Shown one piece after another: positions 50,519 to 61,891 of a stretch of 64,000 bases of DNA. Made by a program: the position numbers and the translations under genes. The stretch is from Candidatus Bathyarchaeota archaeon (GTDB lineage: Archaea; Thermoproteota; Bathyarchaeia; Bathyarchaeales; Bathycorpusculaceae). Location: contig CAWEPZ010000009.1 in the NCBI GenBank assembly GCA_963811105.1, forward strand, positions 1 to 64,000, given 5' to 3'. Each line of letters starts with the position of its first letter. The stretch's first letter is position 1. Below the pieces are notes generated by a model. The model saw only the letters and a program-made list of their open reading frames with translations, searched no databases and was not told the origin of the DNA.

Positions 50519-51220
50519 TCATGGATATCCTGTAAAGTATTCCTGTTTCATCTGTGTTTTCGGTAATCCAATGCCTTCGATTAACATTTCCATGGCTTTA
50601 ACCATCGGCGGCGGTCCACATGTATAAAATACGTTTTCTTTGTAATCAGGCAACTCCTGTTTAATCAAGTCAGCAGTAACAACGCCGGTTGCACCTTTCC
50701 ATTGACTGCTAGCTTGATCAAGTATGAAAACCAATTTTAAATTCTTGTTCACTTTCTGCATATTTTCAAGTTCTTGTCGGAACACAATGTCATTTTCTGT
50801 GCGGCAGCCATAAAACAATGTAATCGTTGAATTCAAGCTCATATCTGTAGCATATTTGCAGATGCTAACGAAAGGAGTTATGCCTATGCCTCCAGCAAGC
50901 AATGCTATTTTTGGGTATTCCCCTTTAAAAGTGAACTGCCCATATGGAGCATCTATTCTTGCCCAATCGCCCTCTTTGGCGGCTCTTAGAGCTATTGAAT
51001 ATTCGTGGTCGGTAAATTTTTTTGTAAATTCAAAGTATTCTTTTTCTGTTGGGCTGCTGCTGAAACTAAAATGGTGAGTTAACTCTTTGTCGTCCTGTCT
51101 TATGGTTACAACGAAGAATTGCCCTGGCATGTAAGATAGATCCAACGGTTTTGGAAATCTGTAGCTGCTTATGTCTGCTGTTCTGGGGATTACTTGTTTA
51201 ATTTGTGTTTCGAACTTCAT
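50519..51220 (-). CDS. Ferredoxin-NADP reductase-like FAD/NAD(P) oxidoreductase
   Basis: PGQF, HFSFSSSP, PYGQF, AGGIGITPF, CGPPPMV. Confidence 0.9.
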   Translation of the reverse strand: MKFETQIKQVIPRTADISSYRFPKPLDLSYMPGQFFVVTIRQDDKELTHHFSFSSSPTEKEYFEFTKKFTDHEYSIALRAAKEGDWARIDAPYGQFTFKGEYPKIALLAGGIGITPFVSICKYATDMSLNSTITLFYGCRTENDIVFRQELENMQKVNKNLKLVFILDQASSQWKGATGVVTADLIKQELPDYKENVFYTCGPPPMVKAMEMLIEGIGLPKTQMKQEYFTGYP

Positions 51221-51374
51221 GGAAATCAGTTACCTTTTTAGAAACTGCAGAATTTTAGTATGTTTACCGTTACAATAAACTTTGCGGCTAAGTCTTTCTA
51301 TATTCTTTATATGTAAGTTCATAAATTTAAGCAAGTTTGTAAGCCATAACTTTAGGAAGAAAGGGTAGAAAAGA

Positions 51375-54155
51375 ATGCTGACACCAAAAAAATGGCATTC
51401 ACTTAGTACGCAAGAAGTCTTGACTAAACTTGATTCTGGCCCTAATGGATTAACCCTTCAAGAAGCTGAGAGGCGTCTCGAAGTTTATGGACCCAACGAG
51501 CTGAAGAAGCAGAAAGGAAGATCGTCCTTCAAACTTCTGTTTGAACAATTTACCGATGTGCTTATGGTTATCTTGTTAATAGCCATCGGGCTTTCGTTTG
51601 CTGTGGGTGAAGCAACCGACGCCGCAATCATCTTAGCTATCGTGATTGCAAGCGCAGCTTTGGGGTTCACTCAAGAATATCGTAGTGAAAAAGCCGTTGA
51701 AGCGCTCAAAAAGATGACTGCCCCCACTGCTAATGTTCTCCGTGATGGAAAAGAAATGAAGGTTCCCGCCTCCCAGCTGATTCCTGGAGATATAATCCTG
51801 CTTTATACTGGCGACAAAGTTCCCGCTGATGCAAGACTAATTGAAGTCTTCACTTTAAAGGCGGATGAAGCATCGTTAACTGGAGAATCAGCTCCGGTTA
51901 ACAAGTTTACAGCAGAAGTGGCTGAACAAACCCAACTGAATGATAGACGTAACATGGTTTTTATGGGTACAATCATCGCTTACGGAAGAGGTAAAGCCGT
52001 CGTCACTGAGAGCGGCATGAATACTGAATTTGGTAAAATCGCTGAGATGGTTCAAGCTACGCCTCAGGAGCACACCCCATTGGAAAAGCGGTTGGCAGGT
52101 GTTGGTAAGTGGATAGGCATCTTAGTCATAGTCATTGCGCTCAGCGTAGGAGTTGTTGGAACAGTGGTTGAGCATCGTCCCATTGTCGATATGATACTAT
52201 GGGCTGTCAGTCTCGCTGTTGCTGCCGTTCCGGAAGCATTGCCCGCCATTGTGACCGGAGCCCTGGCTATAGGCATGTATCGCATGGCTAAAGTTAACAC
52301 TATAGTTAAACGGTTGCCTGCTGTGGAAACGCTTGGAAGCACCAGCGTCATTTGCAGCGACAAAACAGGAACTATGACTAAAGGCGAAATGACAGTTCAA
52401 CAAATCTACGTTAACAATCAATCGATAAAAGTAACAGGAATAGGATACGCTCCAACAGGCGAGTTCCAACTTGAAAATAAACCAGTCTCGCCTGAGGACC
52501 GCGTTAAAATTCTCCTAAAAGCCGCTGTTTTATGCAACGACTCAAACATTGAAAGCGACGTGAAAACAGGCGCCTGGGCCGTTAAAGGTGACCCTACCGA
52601 GGGCGCATTAATAGTTGTCGCAAGAAAAGCAGGCATCAGCAAAGAAGAGCTTGAAGCGCAAGAGCCAAGAATAGCTGAAATCCCCTTCTCTTCTGAAAGA
52701 AAACGCATGACCACCATCCACGATTCAAACGGCAAAAAAATCGCCTACATGAAAGGCGCCCCCGAAATAATCTTAGAACGTTGCAACAAAATCTTCTTAG
52801 ACGGAAAAGTGCAGCCGCTAAACAATGAAATTGTCGCTAAGCATCATAAAGTTACAGAAGCAATGGCTCTTCAAGCGTTAAGAAACTTGGGTTTTGCCTA
52901 CAAAGAATTTCCAAACGAAACGAGCAAATTCGATGAGACGCTTGAACATGACTTTGTTTTCGTTGGCATCATGGGCATGATTGATCCGCCTCGCCCTGAA
53001 GTCAGAGATGCCATCGGTATATGTAGGAACGCTGGAATTCGCGTTGTAATGATTACAGGCGACCACAAACTTACCGCGATAGCCGTAGCGAAGGAATTGC
53101 GCTTGCTCGGCGAAAAAGAAGATAACCGTGTACTAACAGGCAAAGAACTTGAAGAAATGACCGATGACCAATTGGCCTCGGTTGTTGAGAAAGTGGTTGT
53201 TTACGCGAGGGTGTCGCCTGAACATAAAATGCGAATTATCAAAGCTTGGAAGAAAAAAGATGAAGTAGTAGCGATGACAGGTGACGGCGTAAACGATGCT
53301 CCAGCCTTGAAGATGAGCGACATAGGTATAGCCATGGGCATAACAGGCACCGAAGTTACAAAGGAAGCCGCAGACATGATATTGGCAGATGACAACTTTG
53401 CAAGCATTGTAAAGGCTGTTAAAGAAGGCAGAGAAATCTACGAAAACATCAAAAAATACCTTACTTACCTTCTGCAATGTAACATAATGGAAATTCTTGT
53501 AATATTCTTCGCCGTAGTTAGTGTTCCCTATTTGGCTCGATTATTTACGTCAAATCCTGACGCTAGCTTAGTGAGCAGCGCTGGAATTGCATTGACAGCT
53601 GTGCAGCTTCTTTGGGTAAACTTGGTTACCGATGGCTTACCCGCTATTGCTTTAGGCGTTGACCCCGGTGACCCAGATTTGATGCAACGAAAACCACGCA
53701 AACCTAAGGAAAGCCTGTTTAGCAGAGACGTGAAAATTTACCTTACAGCAATGCCCATCTTCATGGCTGTTCTATTACTGCTCGCATTTTTTTCAAACAC
53801 ACCTTGGGTAAACTCATTCCAGCTGGCAGAGGCTCGAACACAACTGTTTACCGCCATGGTCATGATGGAATTAGCAGTAGCATTATCCTCTCGTTCATTA
53901 AAGTACCCCGTATTAAAGGTAGGACTATTCAAGAACAAGTTCCTCTGGATTGCCGTAATTTCTTCATTTGCTCTGCAATTATTCGTGCTCTACACGCCAG
54001 GAATACAAACTCTTTTCAACGTTCACATGCCTGAGTTGAATGACTGGATCATCGCTATATTATTTGCATCTGCTGTATTTGCCGTTCTGGAAATCGGAAA
54101 ATATTTAGCTTCCAAAACGCAACGCATCATCAGCGTTCCGCAAGCTTTAAAATAG
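51375..54155 (+). CDS. P-type IIA (Ca2+-like) cation-transporting ATPase
   Basis: TGES, PEALP, DKTGT, KGAPE, MITGD, GDGVNDAPAL, QLLWVNLVTDG. Confidence 0.96.
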   Translation: MLTPKKWHSLSTQEVLTKLDSGPNGLTLQEAERRLEVYGPNELKKQKGRSSFKLLFEQFTDVLMVILLIAIGLSFAVGEATDAAIILAIVIASAALGFTQEYRSEKAVEALKKMTAPTANVLRDGKEMKVPASQLIPGDIILLYTGDKVPADARLIEVFTLKADEASLTGESAPVNKFTAEVAEQTQLNDRRNMVFMGTIIAYGRGKAVVTESGMNTEFGKIAEMVQATPQEHTPLEKRLAGVGKWIGILVIVIALSVGVVGTVVEHRPIVDMILWAVSLAVAAVPEALPAIVTGALAIGMYRMAKVNTIVKRLPAVETLGSTSVICSDKTGTMTKGEMTVQQIYVNNQSIKVTGIGYAPTGEFQLENKPVSPEDRVKILLKAAVLCNDSNIESDVKTGAWAVKGDPTEGALIVVARKAGISKEELEAQEPRIAEIPFSSERKRMTTIHDSNGKKIAYMKGAPEIILERCNKIFLDGKVQPLNNEIVAKHHKVTEAMALQALRNLGFAYKEFPNETSKFDETLEHDFVFVGIMGMIDPPRPEVRDAIGICRNAGIRVVMITGDHKLTAIAVAKELRLLGEKEDNRVLTGKELEEMTDDQLASVVEKVVVYARVSPEHKMRIIKAWKKKDEVVAMTGDGVNDAPALKMSDIGIAMGITGTEVTKEAADMILADDNFASIVKAVKEGREIYENIKKYLTYLLQCNIMEILVIFFAVVSVPYLARLFTSNPDASLVSSAGIALTAVQLLWVNLVTDGLPAIALGVDPGDPDLMQRKPRKPKESLFSRDVKIYLTAMPIFMAVLLLLAFFSNTPWVNSFQLAEARTQLFTAMVMMELAVALSSRSLKYPVLKVGLFKNKFLWIAVISSFALQLFVLYTPGIQTLFNVHMPELNDWIIAILFASAVFAVLEIGKYLASKTQRIISVPQALK

Positions 54156-54201
54156 AAAACATCGCATTGAAGTGTTAAAAAAACCTTCGGAGAAACACTA
54201 A

Positions 54202-54804
54202 ATGAGCAATGAACTTATAACAAAACTAGCAAACCCTGCACCGCTAGGATTACTCGGCTTTGGCATAACAACTGTTCTGTTGAACTTGGTTAACGCTGGC
54301 GCTTTTCCGGCAGACACTATGATTCTTGCCATGGGTTTGGCTTACGGTGGATTAGCACAGGTTATCGTTGGAATCATGGAGTTTAGAAAAGGCAATACGT
54401 TTGGGTTAGTAGCTTTCATGTCTTATGGTTTGTTCTGGTGGAGTCTAGTGCTACTTTTGGTTTTACCGCAGCTTTCCTTCTTCAGCGGATTCAGCGCTCC
54501 AACTAATGCTGCAATGGCGGCCTACTTTACGATGTGGGGAATCTTTACTTTCGGCATGTTCTTCGGTACATTAAAAGCTAATCGGGCACTCCAGTTTGTC
54601 TTCATAAGTTTAACAATACTATTCTTCATGCTAACTATAAGAGAGCTAACTGGCAACCCAGTCCTTACTGGAACAATAACATTCAACACAATTACCGGCA
54701 TTGAAGGCGTCATTTGCGGCTTAAGCGCAGTATATCTTGGAATAGCTGAAGTCATAAACGAAACGAACCAAAAAACGGTGCTTCCCATTTGCCCAGTAAA
54801 GTAA
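54202..54804 (+). CDS. satP: Acetate uptake channel, GPR1/FUN34/SatP family
   Basis: [30 protein letters not shown]. Confidence 0.92.
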   Translation: MSNELITKLANPAPLGLLGFGITTVLLNLVNAGAFPADTMILAMGLAYGGLAQVIVGIMEFRKGNTFGLVAFMSYGLFWWSLVLLLVLPQLSFFSGFSAPTNAAMAAYFTMWGIFTFGMFFGTLKANRALQFVFISLTILFFMLTIRELTGNPVLTGTITFNTITGIEGVICGLSAVYLGIAEVINETNQKTVLPICPVK

Positions 54805-54899
54805 AATAGCTAAATTCTTTTTCTATTTCTTGCAATTTTTCCGCAAAAACTTATATTCTAATGTATGATAGCTCTTCAAGCAAATTTAAGGTTGAGACA

Positions 54900-56858
54900 A
54901 TGTCGGAATCTAGTTTACCATTTAACGAAAAATTTAGCCCAAGTGGCGCAAAAATTTCTTCTGGAGATAAGCGCAAAAAAGATTGGGAAAATTCAATAAA
55001 AAACCCAGAGGAGTACTGGGCAGAAAAAGCCAAAGCCATTGACTGGTATAAACCATTCAATACAGTGCTTGATGACTCAGACGCGCCTTTTTACAAGTGG
55101 TTCCCTGATGGCGAACTAAATATTTCGTATAATGCCCTAGATAGACACGTAAATGGTGGCCGCAAAAACAAACTTGCCTATATTTGGGAAGGCGAAATGG
55201 GCGAAGTAAAAACTTACACTTACTATCAACTTTATCGTGAAGTAAACAAACTTGCGAAAGCCCTGAAGGACTTAGGCATCCAAAAAGGCGACCGCGTCGC
55301 AGTTTTCCTGCCCGTTATCCCTGAGCTGCCAATAACTCTGCTAGCTACGGCAAGAATAGGCGGAGTTCACGCAGTAGTGTTCTCAGGATTTAGTGCTGAA
55401 GCATTGGCTGACAGAGTAAACGACTGTGGAGCAAAAATCCTAGTCACCTCAGACGGGTCTTTCCGAAGGGGAAAACCAGTTGCCATCAAAGATACTGCTG
55501 ACCGAGCATTACCAAACTTACCCACAGTTGAAAAAGTTATTGTCGTCAAGCGAACTGGTCAAGCTGTTCAGATGAAGGAAGGCAGAGACATATGGTACCA
55601 GGACGCCCTTGCCAATGCGGGTCCAAATGCATATGTTAAACCAGAAAGTTTGAAATCCACAGACCCCTTATTTATACTTTATACTTCTGGAACAACAGGA
55701 AAACCAAAAGGTGTTCAACATGGAACTGGCGGCTACCTTGTTTGGGCTTACTGGACACTAAAATGGGCTTTTAACCCAACTGACGAGGATATCTATTGGT
55801 GCGTTGCGGACATAGGCTGGATTACAGGACACACATACAATGTCTACGCTCCATTGAGTATGGGCATAACAGCGTTTCTCTTTGAAGGCACGCCTGATTA
55901 CCCAGCACAAGACCGATGGTGGGATATTATTGAAAGACACGGCATAACCATCCTTTATGGGACACCAACTGCAGTCCGGATGTTCATGAAATTCGGCGAG
56001 TCATTAGTACTAAAACATGACCTTAGCAGCTTACGCATCTTAGGCACTGTCGGTGAACCGATAAACCCTGAAGCGTGGAAATGGTATTATCGCGTAGTAG
56101 GTAAAGAGAAACTTGCAATAATTGACACTTGGTGGCAGACAGAAACGGGCGGATTCATGATTTCACCAGCTTCAGGTATAGAACTCACTCCACTCAAACC
56201 AGGTTCAGCAACATTCCCATTACCTTCCATCGACGCTGTCATCTACGATGAAAAAGGACAGCCCGTCCCAGCCGGCACCAAAGGTGTTCTAGTTATAAAA
56301 TCACCTTGGCCAGGAATGCTGCAAACTCTTTGGAAAGACCCAGAACGGTTCAAGCAAACTTACTTTGGCAGATGGCCAGGAATCTATTACTCTGGCGATT
56401 ACGCAGTTAAAGACACTGAAGGCTACTTCTGGTTACTCGGCAGATCAGATGAAGTTCTGAAAGTTGCAGGACATCGCATAGGCACAGTGGAACTTGAAAG
56501 CGCATTAGTGGCACACCCATCCGTCTCTGAAGCGGCAGTAATGGGCAAAGAAGACCCCATCAAAGGCGAAGTTCCAGTTGCATTCGTAGTATTGCGAAGC
56601 GGCTTCACACCATCGGATGAACTGAGAACTGAACTCATAAAGCACGTAAGAAACACAATTGGACCTATAGCAACTCCGGAAGCTGTTGTATTTGTTAACA
56701 AAATGCCAAAAACACGAAGCGGCAAAATCATGCGCAGGCTCCTCAAAGCCGTGCTATCAGGAGCGCCACTGGGCGACACATCAACAATTGAAGACGAAGG
56801 TTCAATTGAAGACATAAAAGCAACCTACAACGACCTGCGAAAGCAGCTAACCAAATAG
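54900..56858 (+). CDS. acs: AMP-forming acetyl-CoA synthetase
   Basis: YTSGTTGKPKG, DIGWITGH, VGEPINP, DTWWQTETG, PKTRSGKIMRR; ATG 54900 preferred over the track start 54861. Confidence 0.96.
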   Translation: MSESSLPFNEKFSPSGAKISSGDKRKKDWENSIKNPEEYWAEKAKAIDWYKPFNTVLDDSDAPFYKWFPDGELNISYNALDRHVNGGRKNKLAYIWEGEMGEVKTYTYYQLYREVNKLAKALKDLGIQKGDRVAVFLPVIPELPITLLATARIGGVHAVVFSGFSAEALADRVNDCGAKILVTSDGSFRRGKPVAIKDTADRALPNLPTVEKVIVVKRTGQAVQMKEGRDIWYQDALANAGPNAYVKPESLKSTDPLFILYTSGTTGKPKGVQHGTGGYLVWAYWTLKWAFNPTDEDIYWCVADIGWITGHTYNVYAPLSMGITAFLFEGTPDYPAQDRWWDIIERHGITILYGTPTAVRMFMKFGESLVLKHDLSSLRILGTVGEPINPEAWKWYYRVVGKEKLAIIDTWWQTETGGFMISPASGIELTPLKPGSATFPLPSIDAVIYDEKGQPVPAGTKGVLVIKSPWPGMLQTLWKDPERFKQTYFGRWPGIYYSGDYAVKDTEGYFWLLGRSDEVLKVAGHRIGTVELESALVAHPSVSEAAVMGKEDPIKGEVPVAFVVLRSGFTPSDELRTELIKHVRNTIGPIATPEAVVFVNKMPKTRSGKIMRRLLKAVLSGAPLGDTSTIEDEGSIEDIKATYNDLRKQLTK

Positions 56859-57024
56859 TTCCCTTTTTTGTTTCTATTTTTTTGATTTCCTCAATTTTGA
56901 TGGAGAAAATCAACAAGTTTTTTTGCTTTAAGTGTCTTTAGCCAACTAAAGCAAACTACGTGCTTCATCAAACCATCTAGACAGCAAAAATAATAGACAG
57001 CAAAAATAATGGAAAAAGAGCTTT

Positions 57025-58140
57025 CTACAAGTGGAATTTTCGGTTTTTTGATTGTACGTCAGAACCAAATTCTTTGGCTAACTGTTCCAGAAGCCCTCGC
57101 TGCTGGTCCGTTAGTTTTTCTGGGACCGAAATTCCTATACGTACCATTAAGTCGCCTCTCCCATAAGACCTGAACCGTGGCATGCCTTTCCCCCTTAGAG
57201 TTATAACTTCGCCAATTTGAGTTCCTGGATGAATTCTAACAGTTGTTTGTCCTTCAAGCGTCGGAACAGAAATTTCTGCGCCTAAGGCTGCTTGTGGATA
57301 AGTAATAATAGAAACATGCCAAAGGTCATCTCCTTCCCGCATGAACTGCTGATTAGGCTTAACATGAACGACCACATAAAGGTCACCTGCTTCCCCACCG
57401 TTAGGGGCCATTTCCCCTTCACCTCTTAGCCTAAGCTGGTTGCCTTCATCTATGCCCGCTGGGATGTGTACGCTGATTTTTCTTCGTTTCCTAACCAATC
57501 CTGAGCCACGACAGTTATTGCATGGTGTCTCAATCAATCTGCCTTTACCTCTGCATGTCGGACAAGCTACAACCTGCACATACATGGCAAAGCTGCTTCT
57601 GTGTTGTACCTGGACTTGACCTGAACCTCCGCATCTCGGACAAACCTTGGCTGACGTTCCTGGAGCTGCTCCGGAACCACCGCACACATCACATCTTTCT
57701 GTGCGAGGAATTTCTATTTCTTTTTCTGCTCCTTTAGCGGATTCTTCCAAAGTTATTTCCAGGTCATAAGCCAAATCTTGGCCTACGTTGTTTCTCTCAG
57801 CGCCCCCAAATCCTCCACCGCCAAAAAATGTTCGGAAAATGTCGCCAAAACCCATATCTCTAAAAACACTATCGAAGTCGGCACCTCTGAAAATGTCTTC
57901 TTGCCTATATCTTTGGTCAAATCCTGAATGGCCTAAGGTATCGTATTGTTGTCTTTTTTGGTCATCAGAGAGAACTGCGTAGGCTTCGCTGATTTCTTTG
58001 AATTTTTCTTCTGCTCCGGTCTCTTTGTTGCGGTCTGGATGAAATTGCATTGCGAGTTTTCGGTAAGTGTCTTTGATTTCGTCTTTTGATGCGTTACGCT
58101 GAACGCCGAGAATTTCGTAGTAGTCTCTTTTTTCAGCCAT
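57025..58140 (-). CDS. dnaJ: Chaperone DnaJ
   Basis: J-domain HPD, G/F region, four CxxCxGxG repeats. Confidence 0.97.
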   Translation of the reverse strand: MAEKRDYYEILGVQRNASKDEIKDTYRKLAMQFHPDRNKETGAEEKFKEISEAYAVLSDDQKRQQYDTLGHSGFDQRYRQEDIFRGADFDSVFRDMGFGDIFRTFFGGGGFGGAERNNVGQDLAYDLEITLEESAKGAEKEIEIPRTERCDVCGGSGAAPGTSAKVCPRCGGSGQVQVQHRSSFAMYVQVVACPTCRGKGRLIETPCNNCRGSGLVRKRRKISVHIPAGIDEGNQLRLRGEGEMAPNGGEAGDLYVVVHVKPNQQFMREGDDLWHVSIITYPQAALGAEISVPTLEGQTTVRIHPGTQIGEVITLRGKGMPRFRSYGRGDLMVRIGISVPEKLTDQQRGLLEQLAKEFGSDVQSKNRKFHL

Positions 58141-58275
58141 CAGTTATTTACCTAAATTAACATTTTTTTATTGACTTAAAGTATGCTGTATAGACTGGGA
58201 TTTATACCATTTCCTGTTTTTCGCACAGTTTTCTGGTTCAAAGAAGTTTAAAAAATGAAAGAAAAGGAGATGTGA

Positions 58276-60192
58276 CTATTTTACTTTATAGTCTTCTGAA
58301 TCAACCACTTTTTCTTCGCCAGAAGTCTCGGGGCCTGGCGCGCCGCTTGGAGGCATCTCTGGACCAGCTTGTGGTCCTTGGCCTGGTTGTTGTTGCCCCT
58401 GCTGTTTGGCATATTCTGAGGCTGCTTGCTGGTAAACCTTAGTTCCAACGTCCTGCAACACTTTTTGAAGTACGTCTGATTTTGCCTTAACCTGTGCCAT
58501 ATCATTGCTAGCTAAAGCGTTTTTGAGTTCTGTTACGGCTGCATCGATTTTGCCAGTTTCTTCAGGTGTGATTTTTCCTGTAAGGTCTGTCTTTGTTCTT
58601 TCAGCCGTGTAAACTAAGCTGTCAGCAGTGTTTCGTATTTCAGCTTCCTCTCTTTTCTTTTTGTCTTGTTCCGCGAACTGCTCGGCGTCTTTGATTAATC
58701 GGTCCTTTTCCTCTTTTGAAAGCTTTGTGGATGCGGTGATGCGAATTTTTGATTCTTTTCCTGTGCCCAGATCTTTGGCGGTTACATTCATTATTCCGTT
58801 TGAGTCTATATCAAAAGTTACCTCTATTTGTGGAACGCCTCGGGGTGCTGGAGGCAAATCTACTAGATTAAACATGCCGAGGGAAACGTTGTCGCCTGCC
58901 ATTGCACGTTCGCCTTGAAGTACATGGATGGTGACGGCTGTTTGGAAGTCTGCTGCTGTGGTGAAGATTTGGCTGCGCTTCGTTGGAATAGTCGTATTCT
59001 TATCCATTACTTTGGTGAATACGCTGCCCATGGTTTCAACACCGAGTGATAATGGTGTAACGTCCAATAAGAGTAGGTCTGTGACTTCGCCAGTGATAAC
59101 TGCTGCTTGAATAGCTGCGCCTATGGCGACGCATTCCATGGGGTCGAGTCCGCGTTCAGGTGATTTGCCTAGGATTTGTTCAACGAATCTTTGAACGAGT
59201 GGCATTCGGGTCATTCCTCCGATGAGGATGATTTTGTCGATTCCTTGTGGTGTTAGTTTTGCGTCTTCAAGAGCTTTCAGAAGTGTTGGTTGTGTCCGCT
59301 GAACTATTGGCTGTGCTAACGACTCTAGTTTTGTACGTGTCAATGCAAGGTGTAGGTGTTTGGGTCCTGAAGCATCGGCTGTTAAGAATGGTAGATCAAT
59401 GTCGGTGCTCATCAGAGTCGAGAGTTCAATTTTGGCTTTTTCCGCAGCATCTTTAAGCCTTGGCATTGCCATTCTGTCACTTGAAATATCTATTCCTGTT
59501 TGACGTTTAAATTCGCCAAGAATGTAGTCCATGACTGCTTTATCAACGTCCGTTCCGCCAAGTTGAGTGTCACCGCTAGTGCTGAGCACTTGGAAAACTC
59601 CTTTGCCAAAATCCATAACTGTAACATCGTGAGTGCCGCCGCCGAAGCTGAAAACGAGGATTTTCATTTCTTGTTGCACCTTGTCTATGCCATATGCAAG
59701 GCACGCAGCTGTGGGTTCGTTGACTATTCTCATAACTTGGAATCCTGCGATTTCTCCGGCGTCTTTGGTTGCTTGGCGTTGGTTGTCGTTGAAGTGGGCT
59801 GGAACGGTGATGACTGCCTTACGCATGGTTCCGCCAAGATACGTTTCGGCGTCTTTCTTTATTTTCTGCAAAATAAAGGCTGAGATTTGCTGAGGAGTGT
59901 ACTCTTTTCCGTAAATGTTTGCTTTGTAATCGCTTCCCATTTTACGTTTTATCTCAAAAACTGTTCCTTCTGGGTTTGTGGCTGCTTGGCGCTTTGCTGG
60001 TTCACCTACTAAGAGTTGTCCGTCTTTGGTGAAGGCAACGACCGAGGGAAACATTTTTCCCGCCATCGTTGGGCCTTCAGCACTTGGAATAACCGTTGCG
60101 TGTCCGCCTTCATAAATGGCGGCCGCTGAATTGGTTGTTCCTAAGTCTATTCCTAATACTTTCTCGTTTGTTTTTTGATTTTGATTACTCAT
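58276..60192 (-). CDS. dnaK: Chaperone DnaK (Hsp70)
   Basis: [56 protein letters not shown]. Confidence 0.98.
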   Translation of the reverse strand: MSNQNQKTNEKVLGIDLGTTNSAAAIYEGGHATVIPSAEGPTMAGKMFPSVVAFTKDGQLLVGEPAKRQAATNPEGTVFEIKRKMGSDYKANIYGKEYTPQQISAFILQKIKKDAETYLGGTMRKAVITVPAHFNDNQRQATKDAGEIAGFQVMRIVNEPTAACLAYGIDKVQQEMKILVFSFGGGTHDVTVMDFGKGVFQVLSTSGDTQLGGTDVDKAVMDYILGEFKRQTGIDISSDRMAMPRLKDAAEKAKIELSTLMSTDIDLPFLTADASGPKHLHLALTRTKLESLAQPIVQRTQPTLLKALEDAKLTPQGIDKIILIGGMTRMPLVQRFVEQILGKSPERGLDPMECVAIGAAIQAAVITGEVTDLLLLDVTPLSLGVETMGSVFTKVMDKNTTIPTKRSQIFTTAADFQTAVTIHVLQGERAMAGDNVSLGMFNLVDLPPAPRGVPQIEVTFDIDSNGIMNVTAKDLGTGKESKIRITASTKLSKEEKDRLIKDAEQFAEQDKKKREEAEIRNTADSLVYTAERTKTDLTGKITPEETGKIDAAVTELKNALASNDMAQVKAKSDVLQKVLQDVGTKVYQQAASEYAKQQGQQQPGQGPQAGPEMPPSGAPGPETSGEEKVVDSEDYKVK

Positions 60193-60725
60193 TTATTTTT
60201 TTCCTCCATTTGGTTACTTTCATTCTTTTTTGGTTTTATTGATACTTTGACGATGCTGGGTCGGATTACTTTGCCCCTCATCATGTACCCTTTTCTTATT
60301 TCTTCAATCACGGTGCCATCCGCAACATCGTCTTGTTCTACAGCGGCAATAGCGTTATGCCGTGAGGGGTCAAAAACTCTTCCTTCAGAGTTATCTATTG
60401 CAGTGACACCTTCTTGCTCAAGAACTTTTCTGAGTTTCTTTAGGGTCATCTCGACTCCTTCTAACATGGATTCAGTTGAGGTTGAGATTTCACCATTCTT
60501 AACGGCTAACTCTAACTCATCAACAACTTCCAATAGCCCAGTTACCAACCGTTCCGTACAGTAATTCTTTATCTGTTCTGCTTCCCTGTCGGAGCGTTTT
60601 TTGAAGTTTTCAAGGTCAGCTTGCATGTACTTGAGTCTAGTCAAATAATCTTCTGAACGCTTTCGCTCGCCTTCCAAAAGCTGCTCCAAGTGGTCTACAG
60701 ACTGTTCTTCTTGCTCTTCAACCAT
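60189..60725 (-). CDS. grpE: Nucleotide exchange factor GrpE
   Basis: [34 protein letters not shown]. Confidence 0.96.
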   Translation of the reverse strand: MVEEQEEQSVDHLEQLLEGERKRSEDYLTRLKYMQADLENFKKRSDREAEQIKNYCTERLVTGLLEVVDELELAVKNGEISTSTESMLEGVEMTLKKLRKVLEQEGVTAIDNSEGRVFDPSRHNAIAAVEQDDVADGTVIEEIRKGYMMRGKVIRPSIVKVSIKPKKNESNQMEEKNK

Positions 60726-60751
60726 TTTGACTGATTCCTCATTGTTCTATT

Positions 60752-61168
60752 CTATGCGATGTATTTTTCCTTTTTTGATTCTCTAGACCTTGTTTGCTCA
60801 GAAGATAATGCATGAGTTTGACATTTCTGGATTTGGTTGCCTGATGCTAAATTAGATTGTTCAACGAGTTTTCTGAATATGATTTCTGCGACTTGGTCTC
60901 CTACTGCCTCTTCTTTAAGTTCAGCATTAAAGAAGTGTTTTTTGAAAGAATCCACAATCTCATTTTTGTCAACGACCACATTGGAATTTGCGCTGTCGTT
61001 CCATGCTGAAGTCATTAGTTTGTGGCCGAGTTCTATTAAGATGTTTACTAGTGTTGTGTAGTCCATGTCAAAGGGTGCGTCTCCAGTCAAGAATCTTCCT
61101 TTCGTTAATAATATTTTTTTATCGTTTTCGGGGGTTACAGTTAAACTTCTGCGCATACACTTCACCAA
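60752..61168 (-). CDS. Hypothetical protein leading the grpE-dnaK-dnaJ operon, possible RHH-type regulator
   Basis: 26 bp upstream of grpE on the same strand; MRRSLTVTPENDKKI reads like an RHH beta-strand/helix. Confidence 0.6.
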   Translation of the reverse strand: MVKCMRRSLTVTPENDKKILLTKGRFLTGDAPFDMDYTTLVNILIELGHKLMTSAWNDSANSNVVVDKNEIVDSFKKHFFNAELKEEAVGDQVAEIIFRKLVEQSNLASGNQIQKCQTHALSSEQTRSRESKKEKYIA

Positions 61169-61411
61169 TACTCAAGCGATTTTGCACCGCTTCACCTATC
61201 GCACACTTGTGCTTTCGCTCTTATAAGTTTTCCGCACAAAGAACTCTGAAATAAGGCAAATATTGCTTGTAGTAGCTGAGTCTCAAATCATTTTGAAGAA
61301 ACCTTTTCAGTTCTCAGAAAAATTAGCCCCTGAATCTGCCATTTGGATGCCTTTTTCCAGTTTTAGACTTTAAGGTTAAAGCTTAGAAAATATCTTTTAT
61401 TGCTAAATACT

Positions 61412-61834
61412 CTATTTTTCTGGTTTTTTCTTTCCAGTTTTCTTCCATGGTCGTTTAACGGCTTCATTATCCCAGTAGGCACAACACATTCGAACAGTAA
61501 CATCCATTTTTATTTTGTCATTGTAACAAAACTTTTTGTTTGATGCATCAGCTTTAGAACCGCCTGGAAGCGTAATTAAATCCGCTTTTTTTGCTCGGTC
61601 CATCTCTTCTTCGTTTCTTGGGTCAATGCCGCCTTCCTCGTTTAGCTCTTTTAGATTTACAGGTTCCTCGTTGTTAGCAACAAATAGGCAGTTATAACAA
61701 TTAGTCCCAATAACCTTGCTTTTGTTTGGTTCTGTTTTGCTCAAAAAAATCCTCGTTAATAAGGAAATGCATTTTCGGTTATAAGTTTTTTGGACGGCGA
61801 AATCGGATGTTCTTTTTGTATATTGATTCGGCAC
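61412..61834 (-). CDS. Small Cys-rich hypothetical protein
   Basis: GTNCYNCLF...C...RMCCAYWD; the true start is probably the TTG at about 61744. Confidence 0.6.
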   Translation of the reverse strand: MPNQYTKRTSDFAVQKTYNRKCISLLTRIFLSKTEPNKSKVIGTNCYNCLFVANNEEPVNLKELNEEGGIDPRNEEEMDRAKKADLITLPGGSKADASNKKFCYNDKIKMDVTVRMCCAYWDNEAVKRPWKKTGKKKPEK

Positions 61835-61891
61835 TCTTGATCCCCTTGTCTATAAAGATTTGGGCGGACCAGAAAGTGGAAATCGGCTTAA

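Noticed and set aside
56978-57009. 16-bp direct duplication TAGACAGCAAAAATAA x2
   Set aside because: Simple slippage between convergent genes; no evidence of function.
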